From Sulfolobales archaeon (GTDB lineage: Archaea > Thermoproteota > Thermoprotei_A > Sulfolobales > NBVN01): DNA of 24,000 bases. Below, one piece after another: positions 1 through 8,798 of the stretch. The translations under genes were made by a program, and so were the position numbers. Under the pieces are notes generated by a model. It was not told where the DNA came from. It searched no databases and saw only the letters and a program-made list of their open reading frames with translations. The stretch is taken from contig JAOAKA010000003.1 of the NCBI GenBank assembly GCA_026413885.1, positions 72,784-96,783 of the forward strand. The letters are read 5' to 3'. Positions within the stretch are counted from its first letter, which is position 1; every line of letters begins with the position of its first letter.

Positions 1-114
1 TCTCTAAGCAAAATATTGGTAGACCACTGATTACTTCACCCTCTAGAGAAGACAGGAGCTCTCGAGGTACCTCCAACAATACCCGACATTTGAATGTGAC
101 AGTAGATTTAAAAG

Positions 115-642
115 CTATACATAAGTAAGCTCTCCTTCAACAACTCTAGCACACTTCGTATATCTATGCTCAAACTCGTTAGGCGGCACAATATGGATTA
201 CCTTAAACCCTCTGTACAGCAGCCAGTCAGATAGAATCTTTCTGTGGCATCTATAGGGTATCCTCTCACAGCATAGTAGTGCGGCTACTTTATTACTGCA
301 TATATCTAGTAGTCTCTTCAGAGCCTCTCTTGCTTCACTAGATGTGAGTATATATGTTGCGTAAGCTCTAAATCCCTCAGACTTAAAACACCTGCCGATA
401 CCTACATCCACTAGTGTGGAGCCAAAACTTCTAAAGCCGCCTAGCTCTGGAATCCATATGTATCTAATGCCGTTACGTGTAAGCTCTCTGGCTAGACTCT
501 CGGTTGAGTACTGAGGCATTCTTACAGACTTACCCCATCTTCTCACGTCAACTACTACCTCGACACAGTAGTGGAGAATTATAGCTACAAAGTCCTCTAT
601 CTCTAGGGTATCGTAACCTAGAGTGAATACCTCTCGTAGCAC
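115..642 (-). CDS. DUF488-family protein (function unknown)
   Basis: 175-aa ORF. N-terminal pattern TLGY..E.F......VVDVRR and C-terminal CCER-x5-CHR motif (LLCCERIPYRCHRKIL) are typical of DUF488/YeaO-like proteins. Confidence 0.75.
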   Translation of the reverse strand: MLREVFTLGYDTLEIEDFVAIILHYCVEVVVDVRRWGKSVRMPQYSTESLARELTRNGIRYIWIPELGGFRSFGSTLVDVGIGRCFKSEGFRAYATYILTSSEAREALKRLLDICSNKVAALLCCERIPYRCHRKILSDWLLYRGFKVIHIVPPNEFEHRYTKCARVVEGELTYV

Positions 643-816
643 AAAATACCTTCTCTGGAAGCCTATTTAATTACACATTGCTGAAGAGTGGTGTTAATAT
701 GTGATCCACTATGCTTCTGCGGGCTGTCTAATAGAATTAAGCACACAGGAGTTTGTGTGATAGTTCTACTAGAGTAAGCCTATTATTGCTGAATTCTAGG
801 AAGAACTGGTGGTGGA

Positions 817-1095
817 TTGCAGGTCCTACCAGTAGTGCTGGCAGCTATTTTCACAGCATTCATCTTGATGCTAGTCGGAGTCTTAGTCATGTTCATTTCA
901 ATGCTTAGAGAGAGAACTGAAGGTAGTGGGAAGAGAGGAGATATCGAGGGTGGTGCTGTAATTATTATAGGTCCTATACCAGTAGTTATAGGGACGAGTC
1001 AGAGAGTTAGTAAGTTACTCATGGTTCTAGCTATAGCTCTACTACTAGTCTCAGTACTCACCTACCTAATTCTCTCTCGGGGTGTGATAAGGTGA
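817..1095 (+). CDS. Small integral membrane protein, DUF131/TIGR00304-like (paralog 1)
   Basis: 92-aa ORF with TTG start. Hydrophobic helices flank a polar loop, followed by the Gly/Pro motif GGAVIIIGPIPVVIGTS. It has a 4-nt GTGA stop/start overlap with the next ORF. Family assignment is from memory of the motif only. Confidence 0.6.
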   Translation: MQVLPVVLAAIFTAFILMLVGVLVMFISMLRERTEGSGKRGDIEGGAVIIIGPIPVVIGTSQRVSKLLMVLAIALLLVSVLTYLILSRGVIR

Positions 1096-1385
1096 GTGTA
1101 GACCTATTTAAAGTAGGTTTAGCACTATTTATCGCAGGTTTCACACTAGCACTTATAGCTACACTAGCAGCTGCTATATTTCCCGCATTACAGGCAGAGG
1201 GTGGACCTACTGGTGTCTCGAGCGGCGGCTGTATTCTAATAATGTTCGTACCTATATGTTTCGGGGTGGGAGAGGCGGCCCTCCCGTTGATGGTTTTAGC
1301 AGTAGGACTAGCAGTAGTTCTCTTAATAGTTAGCTTAGTCTTACTCAGCGGTATTCGCAGAACTCTAAGAGAAATAGGAGTCTAA
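1092..1385 (+). CDS. Small integral membrane protein, DUF131/TIGR00304-like (paralog 2)
   Basis: 97-aa ORF with GTG start overlapping the upstream stop. Same architecture as 817..1095 (TM helix, polar loop, SSGGCILIMFVPICFGVG, TM helix), so the two look like tandem paralogs. Confidence 0.6.
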   Translation: MSVDLFKVGLALFIAGFTLALIATLAAAIFPALQAEGGPTGVSSGGCILIMFVPICFGVGEAALPLMVLAVGLAVVLLIVSLVLLSGIRRTLREIGV

Positions 1386-1420
1386 CCCTCGAATGCCGCA
1401 GACCTCCTTAAGCAATCAAC

Positions 1421-1427
1421 TTTAAAT
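1421..1427 (+). promoter_or_regulatory. TATA-like box for the YHS/TRASH ORF
   Basis: TTTAAAT is centred about 32 nt upstream of the ATG at 1456. This spacing fits a (near-)leaderless crenarchaeal transcript. Confidence 0.4.
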
Positions 1428-1455
1428 CTGAAGTGCAGAGTGTGTTGGGATATGT

Positions 1456-1626
1456 ATGGAGGTAGCAGACCCTGTATGCGGTATGAAGTTAGACCCAGCT
1501 AAAGCTAAGTATAAGAGTGTGTATAGAGGGGAGGTCTACTGCTTCTGCTCTATCCACTGTAAGAAAGCATTTGAAGAAAACCCTGAGTACTACCTCAAAC
1601 ACGGTCCAACCGGTATGCCTAAGTAG
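1456..1626 (+). CDS. YHS/TRASH-domain small metal-binding protein (CopM-like metallochaperone), absent from the ORF track
   Basis: Hand translation: MEVADPVCGMKLDPAKAKYKSVYRGEVYCFCSIHCKKAFEENPEYYLKHGPTGMPK (56 aa, ATG 1456, TAG 1624-1626). It matches the YHS pattern DPVCGM...Y.G..Y.FCS..C...F...P..Y and the TRASH spacing C8-x22-C31-x3-C35. It is convergent with the Cu-ATPase gene. Confidence 0.8.
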   Translation: MEVADPVCGMKLDPAKAKYKSVYRGEVYCFCSIHCKKAFEENPEYYLKHGPTGMPK

Positions 1627-1682
1627 ACTCTGGATACAGCCACCTACTTCTAACTGAAAACTACGTAGCTACACTCTCCAGC

Positions 1683-4091
1683 CTACTTAGGACTCCACTT
1701 AAGTAGTGTTAGAGAATTTAGAACTACGGAGATGTCGCTGAGTATCATTGCTATAGCAGCTGCCTCAGGTCTAAGGATTATACCGGTACTCTTGTAGAGT
1801 GCTCCCATAGCTATTGGAATTAGCAGTAAGTTGTATATGAAAGCCCAAGCAAGATTCTCTAGAGACTTCCTCCTCGATTTTCTCGCTAGCTTAAATAAGT
1901 CTATAACTGAGAGTAAGTTATCACTCATCACGACAACGTCTCCAGACTCCTTCGAGATATCTGAACCTCGCCCCATGGCGATACCGATAAAAGCTCTACC
2001 TATAGCTGCTGCGTCATTGATTCCATCACCGATAAACATAACTCTGCTTCCACTAGATTGTAGAGACTCAACTAGCTCAGCCTTATCCTCAGGTCTGAGT
2101 TCAGCATAGAATTTCTCTATTCCTAGCTCGGAAGCTATTGTTTCAGCCGATCTGCTGGTGTCTCCAGTTGCTAGAACAGCTTCTACACCAATACTGTTTA
2201 AGTGCTCTATGAAACTTCTACTCTCATTTCTCAGTCTATCACCAACTTCGAAGATAGCTGCAGGTTTTCTACCGACTACCACAACTACAGCTGTTCTCCC
2301 CTTAGAGGATATTCTGTCTACAATCAGTCTGACTTCATCTAGTGTGTTTCCACTAATACTCTCAACTAGTTTAAGTGACCCTACTGCGGCTTCTACTCCA
2401 TCTACTTTAGCTACTACCCCCATGCCGGGTATTGCTACGTAGTCCGCAGACTCTCTATAGTCTACACCCACCTTAGAGCAGTACTTAACGATCGCCTTAG
2501 CTATCGGGTGCTCACTCATTCGCTCTATAGAGCAAGCGTACTCGAGAACCTCCCTGAGGTCTCTACTGCTATCCAGTAGTACGACATCAACTACTTCAGG
2601 ACTGCCCACAGTTAGAGTGCCTGTCTTATCTAGTAGTACTCTATCTACCTTAAGAATTCTCTCCAGTACGTCACCACGCCTCATTAAGACCCCCAGCTGT
2701 ACGGCTTTAATTGAAGCAAGAGAGATAACCATAGGTATAGCTATTCCGAGAGGGCAGGGACAGGTAATAGCTAGAACTGAAACAGTAAATAGAAGAGCTC
2801 TATCTAAACCAACTCCCTCTAGAAGAAACCAGTAGGTAAACGTCACAATACTCAGAGCTATTACTACCCATGTAAGATAGCCTACAGCTATATCGGCGAT
2901 TTTCTGAACCCCTGGCTTATAGAACTGAGATTCCCTCACAGTTTTAACTATGTAGGCTAGAACAGTGTCTTCACCGACTCTAGTAGCTCTAATCACTAAG
3001 TAGCCGTTTACTAGGAGGCTTCCAGCGAGAACTGGGTCTCTTCTTTCCTCACTCTTCTCCCTGGGGACCGGCTCGCCAGTAAACATAGACTCATCTACGT
3101 AACCTACTCCTCCAACAACTACTCCATCTACCGGAAATCTCTCACCGGCTTTGACTTCCACAAGATCTCCGGGCTTAACTTGACTAGTTGAAATTTCTCT
3201 AACTACCCCACTACTATCTACTACTCTAGCAGTTCCTACAGCGAGTTCGGCGAGCTTCTTTAAAGCTCTCGAAGACCTATACCTCAACTTCTCCTCGAGA
3301 TACTTACCTAGAGATACAAATCCTAGAACACCGGCAGATACCTCAAAGAAGGTCTCACCGTGAGTTAGAAACAGCAGTGCTATTATACTGTATATATATG
3401 TAGTTAAAGATGAGAGAGATATTAGAGAATCCATCGTGGGGGTTCTACGTATTAGTGACTTAAGACCTTTAGATAGAATATCTAAATTCAGCACTATGAC
3501 TGCTGTAGCTATCGGAAGGAGTATGTAGGGAGCCCGACTCCAGAGAGGGGGATGTATGCCGAGTGCTCCCATAGTGTAGTAGGCTACTGCCGCAAGCCCT
3601 AGTGAAAAAGAAGTTACTTTAGTGAGTAATACATCACTTCTTTCTTCAACTACTAACTCGACTTCATCAGCTAACTCACTAACTTCAGGATATCTCCTCC
3701 CTATTTCACTGAGTAGAGAGCTTCTAGACGTAGTTAGAGGATTGAAGAGAATGCTGGAGACCTTAGAGATTGGTGAGTAGCGACACTCAAAAACTCCAGG
3801 TAGCTCAGATACGTATTTCTCGAAGAGAGGTATCTCACTATCTTCGAGGTCTACCGCTGCGTAGAGTCTCTCCTTCTCTACATCGTAGCCGGCTTCACGA
3901 ATAGCTTTAAATATATCTCTCAAAGTCACCCTATAGAATTCATATACAACTACAGCATCTCCAGAGCTCACATCTACCCTAAAATCTCTCACTCCAGCTA
4001 GTTTCTCTAAGTTCCTCTGAATAGAGTAAACACACGTCGGGCAGTCTACTCCAAGCACTCTAAGTCTCTCACTACGTGTTGAAGAAGTCAT
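1683..4091 (-). CDS. copA: Heavy-metal (Cu+/Ag+ type) translocating P1B-type ATPase
   Basis: 802 aa. N-terminal HMA domain with CPTC, TM CPC motif (ITCPCPLG), DKTGTLT phosphorylation site, SEHPIAKAIV, GDGINDAAA. The Cu(I)-type TM motifs are present: N-x6-YN-x4-P (NLAWAFIYNLLLIP) and P-x6-M-x2-S (PEAAAIAMILSD). Confidence 0.95.
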   Translation of the reverse strand: MTSSTRSERLRVLGVDCPTCVYSIQRNLEKLAGVRDFRVDVSSGDAVVVYEFYRVTLRDIFKAIREAGYDVEKERLYAAVDLEDSEIPLFEKYVSELPGVFECRYSPISKVSSILFNPLTTSRSSLLSEIGRRYPEVSELADEVELVVEERSDVLLTKVTSFSLGLAAVAYYTMGALGIHPPLWSRAPYILLPIATAVIVLNLDILSKGLKSLIRRTPTMDSLISLSSLTTYIYSIIALLFLTHGETFFEVSAGVLGFVSLGKYLEEKLRYRSSRALKKLAELAVGTARVVDSSGVVREISTSQVKPGDLVEVKAGERFPVDGVVVGGVGYVDESMFTGEPVPREKSEERRDPVLAGSLLVNGYLVIRATRVGEDTVLAYIVKTVRESQFYKPGVQKIADIAVGYLTWVVIALSIVTFTYWFLLEGVGLDRALLFTVSVLAITCPCPLGIAIPMVISLASIKAVQLGVLMRRGDVLERILKVDRVLLDKTGTLTVGSPEVVDVVLLDSSRDLREVLEYACSIERMSEHPIAKAIVKYCSKVGVDYRESADYVAIPGMGVVAKVDGVEAAVGSLKLVESISGNTLDEVRLIVDRISSKGRTAVVVVVGRKPAAIFEVGDRLRNESRSFIEHLNSIGVEAVLATGDTSRSAETIASELGIEKFYAELRPEDKAELVESLQSSGSRVMFIGDGINDAAAIGRAFIGIAMGRGSDISKESGDVVVMSDNLLSVIDLFKLARKSRRKSLENLAWAFIYNLLLIPIAMGALYKSTGIILRPEAAAIAMILSDISVVLNSLTLLKWSPK

Positions 4092-4121
4092 AGAGTCTTC
4101 CTCAGACGTGCGTTAAGTCCT

Positions 4122-4352
4122 CTACTTCTTCCGTAGAGTAGCTTCGTAGTAAGTCTCCCTATTCTCCACTCTAATCACTTCGTACCCACTCTTTGAAGCT
4201 ACTAGCTTCAGTATATTTAGCGGTAGGTCGTCTATCGAAGCTATAACGAAGACCTCTGGATCGGCGCCTCTATTTAAGATATTTAAAAACTTAACCATAG
4301 GGTTATCAGTGCAAGACTTAGAGACACCTCTAAGATCTAGAACTCTCACCAT
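4122..4352 (-). CDS. TusA/SirA-like small sulfur-carrier-fold protein (variant active-site loop)
   Basis: 76 aa. LDLRGVSKSCTDNPMVKF aligns with the TusA LDLRG..CP.P motif but carries the variant C-T-D-N-P. Its start overlaps the iscU 3' end by 23 nt. Confidence 0.6.
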   Translation of the reverse strand: MVRVLDLRGVSKSCTDNPMVKFLNILNRGADPEVFVIASIDDLPLNILKLVASKSGYEVIRVENRETYYEATLRKK

Positions 4353-4890
4353 TACTACTACCCTTAGGTATAGTCACTCTTAAATTATAGTTTCTTAAGT
4401 GCCCTGAGTACATTCTCTCGATCATCTGCTCTTCTTCTAGAGTCTGCTTCTCCTCAACGGTTAAGTCGTTAGGTAGCCACTCCGGGTGTCTACCTACCCT
4501 ACTATAGTAGGCTCTAATAGCTCTCTTAAGTGCGCCTACAGCTAGTATACTGCAGTGATACTTAATCGGTGGTAGACCTCCCAATTCGTCAGCAACACTC
4601 TTCCATGAAACTCCCCAAGCTTCCCTCAAGGTCTTACCGGTAATTAAGTCCGTCAAAATACTGGCGGCTGCGATATTAGCAGCACAGCCATAACTCTCAA
4701 AGGTAGCTCTCTCAATAACCTCCTCTCTACTTCCTGCAGATATCTTTAAATACAGTCTAATCATGTCGCCGCAAGCAGGACTTCCAGCAGACTCCACTAT
4801 ATCGGCATCTTCCATTGGACCAACATTTCTAGGATTCTTAAATATCTCCAACACCTTAGGTGTATAGGGCAGCGGTATTCGCGTACTCAT
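4330..4890 (-). CDS. iscU: IscU/NifU-like Fe-S cluster scaffold with a C-terminal extension
   Basis: 186 aa. The three scaffold cysteines are in canonical contexts (SPACGD, SYGCAANIA, KYHCS). About 55 extra C-terminal residues lie beyond the usual core. Confidence 0.9.
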   Translation of the reverse strand: MSTRIPLPYTPKVLEIFKNPRNVGPMEDADIVESAGSPACGDMIRLYLKISAGSREEVIERATFESYGCAANIAAASILTDLITGKTLREAWGVSWKSVADELGGLPPIKYHCSILAVGALKRAIRAYYSRVGRHPEWLPNDLTVEEKQTLEEEQMIERMYSGHLRNYNLRVTIPKGSSNGESSRS

Positions 4891-4966
4891 AGAACCCCCT
4901 ACAGTATATGGCTAGGTTCTTAATAAATCTTTAACACTGTTATAGGTCTTTAATATCTCCCTAATA

Positions 4967-6190
4967 CTACGTCTTTTTAGCCGCACTTATACTTCTCAGT
5001 CTAGATACAGCTCTTGGGACTACTTCTAGAGTGTACTCAATATCTTCTCGATTGTGGTATCGAGTAGTCTTAAAGAGTATGCTACCGTGAGCTTCCTCAT
5101 GTTTTCTCCCAATAGCTAGAAGCACGTGGCTCGGCTCTAAAATTCTTGAACTACAGGCGCTACCACTAGATACATAAACACCGTTAATGCTTAACTCAAC
5201 AGTTAGAGCCTCACCCTCTACATACAAGAAGCTTAAGTTAGCGTTATCTGGAGCTCTCCTACTGAAGTCTATAGGACCGTTCACTAAGACATCTGAAACT
5301 CTATCTGATATACCTTTAATTAGTAGATTCCTCAACTCACTCATTTTAGCTACATGACTATCGAAATTCTCGAAAGCTAACTCAACAGCTTTTCTAAATC
5401 CAGCTATAAGTGGGACGTTCTCGACACCCGGCCACAGTTTTTCAGAGCTTAACTGACCCTTTAGAATTGACTCTAATCTAACCCCCTCTCTAGTGAAGAG
5501 TATTCCAACACCTCTGGGGCCGTGTATCTTATGGCTACTCAACGTCACCATGTCGACATGCTCTAGCTTCTTGAGGTCTATTGCGAGCTTGCCGAAGGCG
5601 TCTGCGGCATCTGTATGAAAAACTACCTCAGAATTTACTTCTTTAGCTATCTTAGAAAGTTCGTAGATATTCTGGATTGTTCCAATCTCATGGTTAACCA
5701 TCTGAATACTGACTAGTGATGTATTTCTATCTATAAGCTCTTTAAAGACCTCCGGGTCTACGAAGCCTTCACTATCTACAGGCACTCTAACTACTTTAAA
5801 TCCGAGCAGTCTCTCAGCTTCTTCAGCTGGATGTATGACACTGAGGTGCTCTATAGCTGATACAACAATCTTTCCCTTTCTCTCTCTACTAGCTAGTGCG
5901 TAACCTAAGACAGCTAAGTTGTTAGCTTCAGTGCCGCTGTGAACTATGGAGAACTCATTTACACTACCGGTGTTCAAGACCTTAGCTAGCGCCTCCTTAG
6001 TCTTATAGACTACTTCGTAAGCCTCCCAGCCCGGTCTGTGGGTAATTGATGGGTGTCCGTAGCCTACAGAGTTGAAGTAGGGGATCATTTCCTCAACAAC
6101 TTCTCTCGGGACATAGCCGGAGTTCTCGTTATCAAAGTAGACTTCTCGAGAAGGTCTTCCGTGAGCTTTAAGTAGTTCTTCTACGGACAC
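4967..6190 (-). CDS. iscS: Cysteine desulfurase (IscS/NifS class, PLP-dependent)
   Basis: 407 aa with GTG start. PLP-lysine motif SSHKIHGPRG and catalytic-cysteine loop SSGSACSS. It lies directly upstream of iscU. Confidence 0.92.
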   Translation of the reverse strand: MSVEELLKAHGRPSREVYFDNENSGYVPREVVEEMIPYFNSVGYGHPSITHRPGWEAYEVVYKTKEALAKVLNTGSVNEFSIVHSGTEANNLAVLGYALASRERKGKIVVSAIEHLSVIHPAEEAERLLGFKVVRVPVDSEGFVDPEVFKELIDRNTSLVSIQMVNHEIGTIQNIYELSKIAKEVNSEVVFHTDAADAFGKLAIDLKKLEHVDMVTLSSHKIHGPRGVGILFTREGVRLESILKGQLSSEKLWPGVENVPLIAGFRKAVELAFENFDSHVAKMSELRNLLIKGISDRVSDVLVNGPIDFSRRAPDNANLSFLYVEGEALTVELSINGVYVSSGSACSSRILEPSHVLLAIGRKHEEAHGSILFKTTRYHNREDIEYTLEVVPRAVSRLRSISAAKKT

Positions 6191-6457
6191 AGACCCCCCT
6201 ATTTAAAGTGGGGATGTCACTTATAAACAGCGTTAAAGCTGTCTATATAGAGCTTGAACACCTAGTACACCTAGACGAATACAGCCAGCGGTTTTTAGTT
6301 CTGACCTCCTCGGAGTACTGAGTGTAAGACTTAACACTAACTAATAGTTGAAGCTACAGATAGCTTTCTACCGATTAATGCTAGTAACTTAACAGTGTGA
6401 GAGCTCTCTGCTGTAAGAACTATGTAGCTGTTAGATCTCTACGTAAATTAACCGTGT

Positions 6458-7594
6458 TTAAGTAGCGATCGCTATATAGAGACCAACAGCTATCAGTGCT
6501 ATACCTCCAGCTAGCTCAACTAGAGCAACTTTATCTATAAATCTCTCAACTAGCTTAATCAGCCTACTCGAAAATATTGAGAAGACTAGATACGGTGCTG
6601 TAAAACCCACTACATAAGTGAACATAAGGAGACCGAGGAGAGCATCAGAGCCTTCAGTAGCCGCCTGAAGTAAGACAAAGTAACCAGCACTACATGGAAC
6701 CGCACTGAGAGATGATAGTGACCCCATTAAGAATGGGAAAAGCTTACCGAATACCGCTGTTAGACCAGCACTAGGTAGGTGGGCTGCGTCTCGACAGGAC
6801 CTCCCACCGAGTAAACAGCCTAACATTCCTCTAGAGTGAAGAATCATGTAGGTCCCGAAGGCTACAATTAAAATCCAGCTAAACGGTTTAACAAACCATA
6901 GAACTCCACGTAGTCCTACCAATATGAGTGAGTACCCCAGTCCCAGACCGAGAACAAATAAGAGGAGTTTAGGTAGAGGATTCCCTATAGCAGAAGTAGA
7001 ATACGATAGCACGAGAGCTGTGTAGAGATACAGAATACACGGACTTAAAGCAGACACAGCTCCGAGAAAGATGGCTCCAGCCACCAATCCTGTAGTGCTG
7101 TAAGTCTCTTTTTTAATATCTCTCAAATAGCACTCTTCTACGTAGTCCCCGAAGAGAGCCTTCTCCCAGTACGTATTACTGTAGAACACACCTATAGAGA
7201 CAGCTATAACTGACGAATTTCTGACGACGAAGACTACCGGGACTTCTGTTATGTATCTATCTTCAACAAACCTACTGAGGAAGTTGACTATCTTCTTAAA
7301 GAAGTCACTGTGTTGAAGTATGTCTACGTAGGTAAACCTATCACCAGGTAGAAGATTTCTCAAATAGCGCTCCATCTCACCGCACTCCGGACATCCGTGA
7401 ATGCCGAAGAAGTATATAGCGCTCTCTCCAAAGAGTGCGGCCATCTCTACAGCTAGCTCTCTAGGTTGTTCAATACATCCAACTACAGACCCTCTGAACA
7501 GCACTGGAATCCCACGGGATTGAGATGAGAGCTCTGGGCTAAGCACCGTCAGCATCAATACGAGCGATAGGAGAGCTACTGCTCGAAGCTCCAT
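6458..7594 (-). CDS. Exported thioredoxin-fold domain (CPEC) fused to a CcdA/DsbD-type thiol:disulfide transporter membrane domain
   Basis: 378 aa. Signal-like N-terminus, then a Trx-like domain with CPEC, then multiple TM helices with the two CcdA-type cysteines (LSPCILY and VPCSAGY). Confidence 0.75.
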   Translation of the reverse strand: MELRAVALLSLVLMLTVLSPELSSQSRGIPVLFRGSVVGCIEQPRELAVEMAALFGESAIYFFGIHGCPECGEMERYLRNLLPGDRFTYVDILQHSDFFKKIVNFLSRFVEDRYITEVPVVFVVRNSSVIAVSIGVFYSNTYWEKALFGDYVEECYLRDIKKETYSTTGLVAGAIFLGAVSALSPCILYLYTALVLSYSTSAIGNPLPKLLLFVLGLGLGYSLILVGLRGVLWFVKPFSWILIVAFGTYMILHSRGMLGCLLGGRSCRDAAHLPSAGLTAVFGKLFPFLMGSLSSLSAVPCSAGYFVLLQAATEGSDALLGLLMFTYVVGFTAPYLVFSIFSSRLIKLVERFIDKVALVELAGGIALIAVGLYIAIAT

Positions 7595-8208
7595 TACTTC
7601 CTCCTCTTAATGAAAGCATACACCACTATAGACACTCCTGCGGCGATCAATACTATAGGAACTAGAGTGTATGAGCTGAAGATCTCTGTGGGTGTCGCAG
7701 TCTCCTTCGGAGTAGCTGCTGCTATATACTTACTCACTATCTCATATTGCTCGCTGAATGAAATAGGTATCTCGTAGGCGTTTGGTGGAACAACTAGTAG
7801 AACCCTCTCCTGAGGACCTCTCGAGGTTAAATTCCTCCAGAACTGAGTGTCTGTAACAGCACCTACTACTATTGCTAGTAGATACCTCCCATCTCTCACT
7901 ACGTATGTCTGAGGTATGCCTTCGAGATGTTTTTGTGAAACGCCTTTACTTATTAAAAGACTTCTCACAGAGTTAAAACTAGTTCTACAGCTCTCTAGAA
8001 CATCTACTTTACAGAAGTGGTAACTGCCTGAGTAGGTCTGACTTAGGAATTGATCTAGAGTCCGGCAGTGTGGGCACCAAGTAGCTCCGTAGAGATAGAG
8101 ATAGATGCTGCTGCCCGAGATTGAAATCGGTAATACCGCAGTAACAACTAACGCAGTAAGCAATACGCAAGCTACCAGAGTGTTTCGAGCAGCCACAGCG
8201 CGCACCAA
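7594..8208 (-). CDS. Membrane-anchored thioredoxin-fold protein with DsbA-like WCPHC active site
   Basis: 204 aa with TTG start. N-terminal signal/anchor, WCPHC motif, C-terminal TM helix plus KRRK. Its Trx-fold domain looks paralogous to the N-terminal domain of 6458..7594. There is a 1-nt overlap with that gene. Confidence 0.7.
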   Translation of the reverse strand: MVRAVAARNTLVACVLLTALVVTAVLPISISGSSIYLYLYGATWCPHCRTLDQFLSQTYSGSYHFCKVDVLESCRTSFNSVRSLLISKGVSQKHLEGIPQTYVVRDGRYLLAIVVGAVTDTQFWRNLTSRGPQERVLLVVPPNAYEIPISFSEQYEIVSKYIAAATPKETATPTEIFSSYTLVPIVLIAAGVSIVVYAFIKRRK

Positions 8209-8267
8209 TGTCTCTGTGGAATGAGATCTAAAAAGCGTTGAAGTCCTCTACCTACGAGGTGCTTCTG

Positions 8268-8798
8268 CTATCTCACTAGGAAGTATCTGAATGCCTTAAT
8301 ATTTAGATCAATCCACTCCCTCGACACTATCTCCTCAATGACTTTCTCAATAGCTTCAGGAGTAACTATAGACGTTATCTTGACTAAGTGTCCTAGAGCC
8401 ACTATATTCGCTACTCTACTACTGCCTATCTCTCTTTCTGCGATATCTGTGTAAGGCTCTAGATATATCCTCCAATTTCTCTGCGGTATGTTAGTGATAT
8501 TGGATTTATCGAGAAATACTGTAGCACCATCTCTCACTAAGTCTCTATATGCGTCTAACTGGAGTTGATGCATAAATAGAGCTATATCTGCTTTCGCAAC
8601 TTTAATGAAGTCAGCTTCTTCTTCTCTATCAGCTACTACAAGATCTACTCTAGAATCACCACCTCTAGTTTCAGCTGCGTAGATTTCGCTGCCGAGTACA
8701 TGTAGATCTGTGTATTTAGCTATCGCCGCACCCAGTATGTGTCCTAGAAGTAGGATCCCCTGACCACCTCTTCCAGCAATCAATACCTCAACTCTCAC
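8268..8798 (-). CDS. 2-oxoacid:ferredoxin oxidoreductase, gamma subunit
   Basis: 176 aa. GRGGQGILLLGHILG motif typical of OFOR gamma subunits. Last gene of a delta-alpha-beta-gamma operon. Confidence 0.9.
   Translation of the reverse strand: MRVEVLIAGRGGQGILLLGHILGAAIAKYTDLHVLGSEIYAAETRGGDSRVDLVVADREEEADFIKVAKADIALFMHQLQLDAYRDLVRDGATVFLDKSNITNIPQRNWRIYLEPYTDIAEREIGSSRVANIVALGHLVKITSIVTPEAIEKVIEEIVSREWIDLNIKAFRYFLVR

Noticed and set aside
1-114. Possible 3' end of an upstream plus-strand gene (frame 1 stops at 28-30) or short minus-strand ORF
   Set aside because: Too little sequence is available and no recognisable motif is present, so it cannot be supported.
1831-2835. Three plus-strand ORFs (1831..2109, 2158..2442, 2617..2835) inside copA
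   Set aside because: They are antisense to a gene with unambiguous P-type ATPase motifs. Their S/T/L-rich, low-complexity translations are typical of shadow ORFs.
6399-6408. 10-bp palindrome GAGAGCTCTC in the iscS upstream gap
   Set aside because: About 20 perfect 10-bp palindromes are expected by chance in 24 kb, and it has no partner sites.
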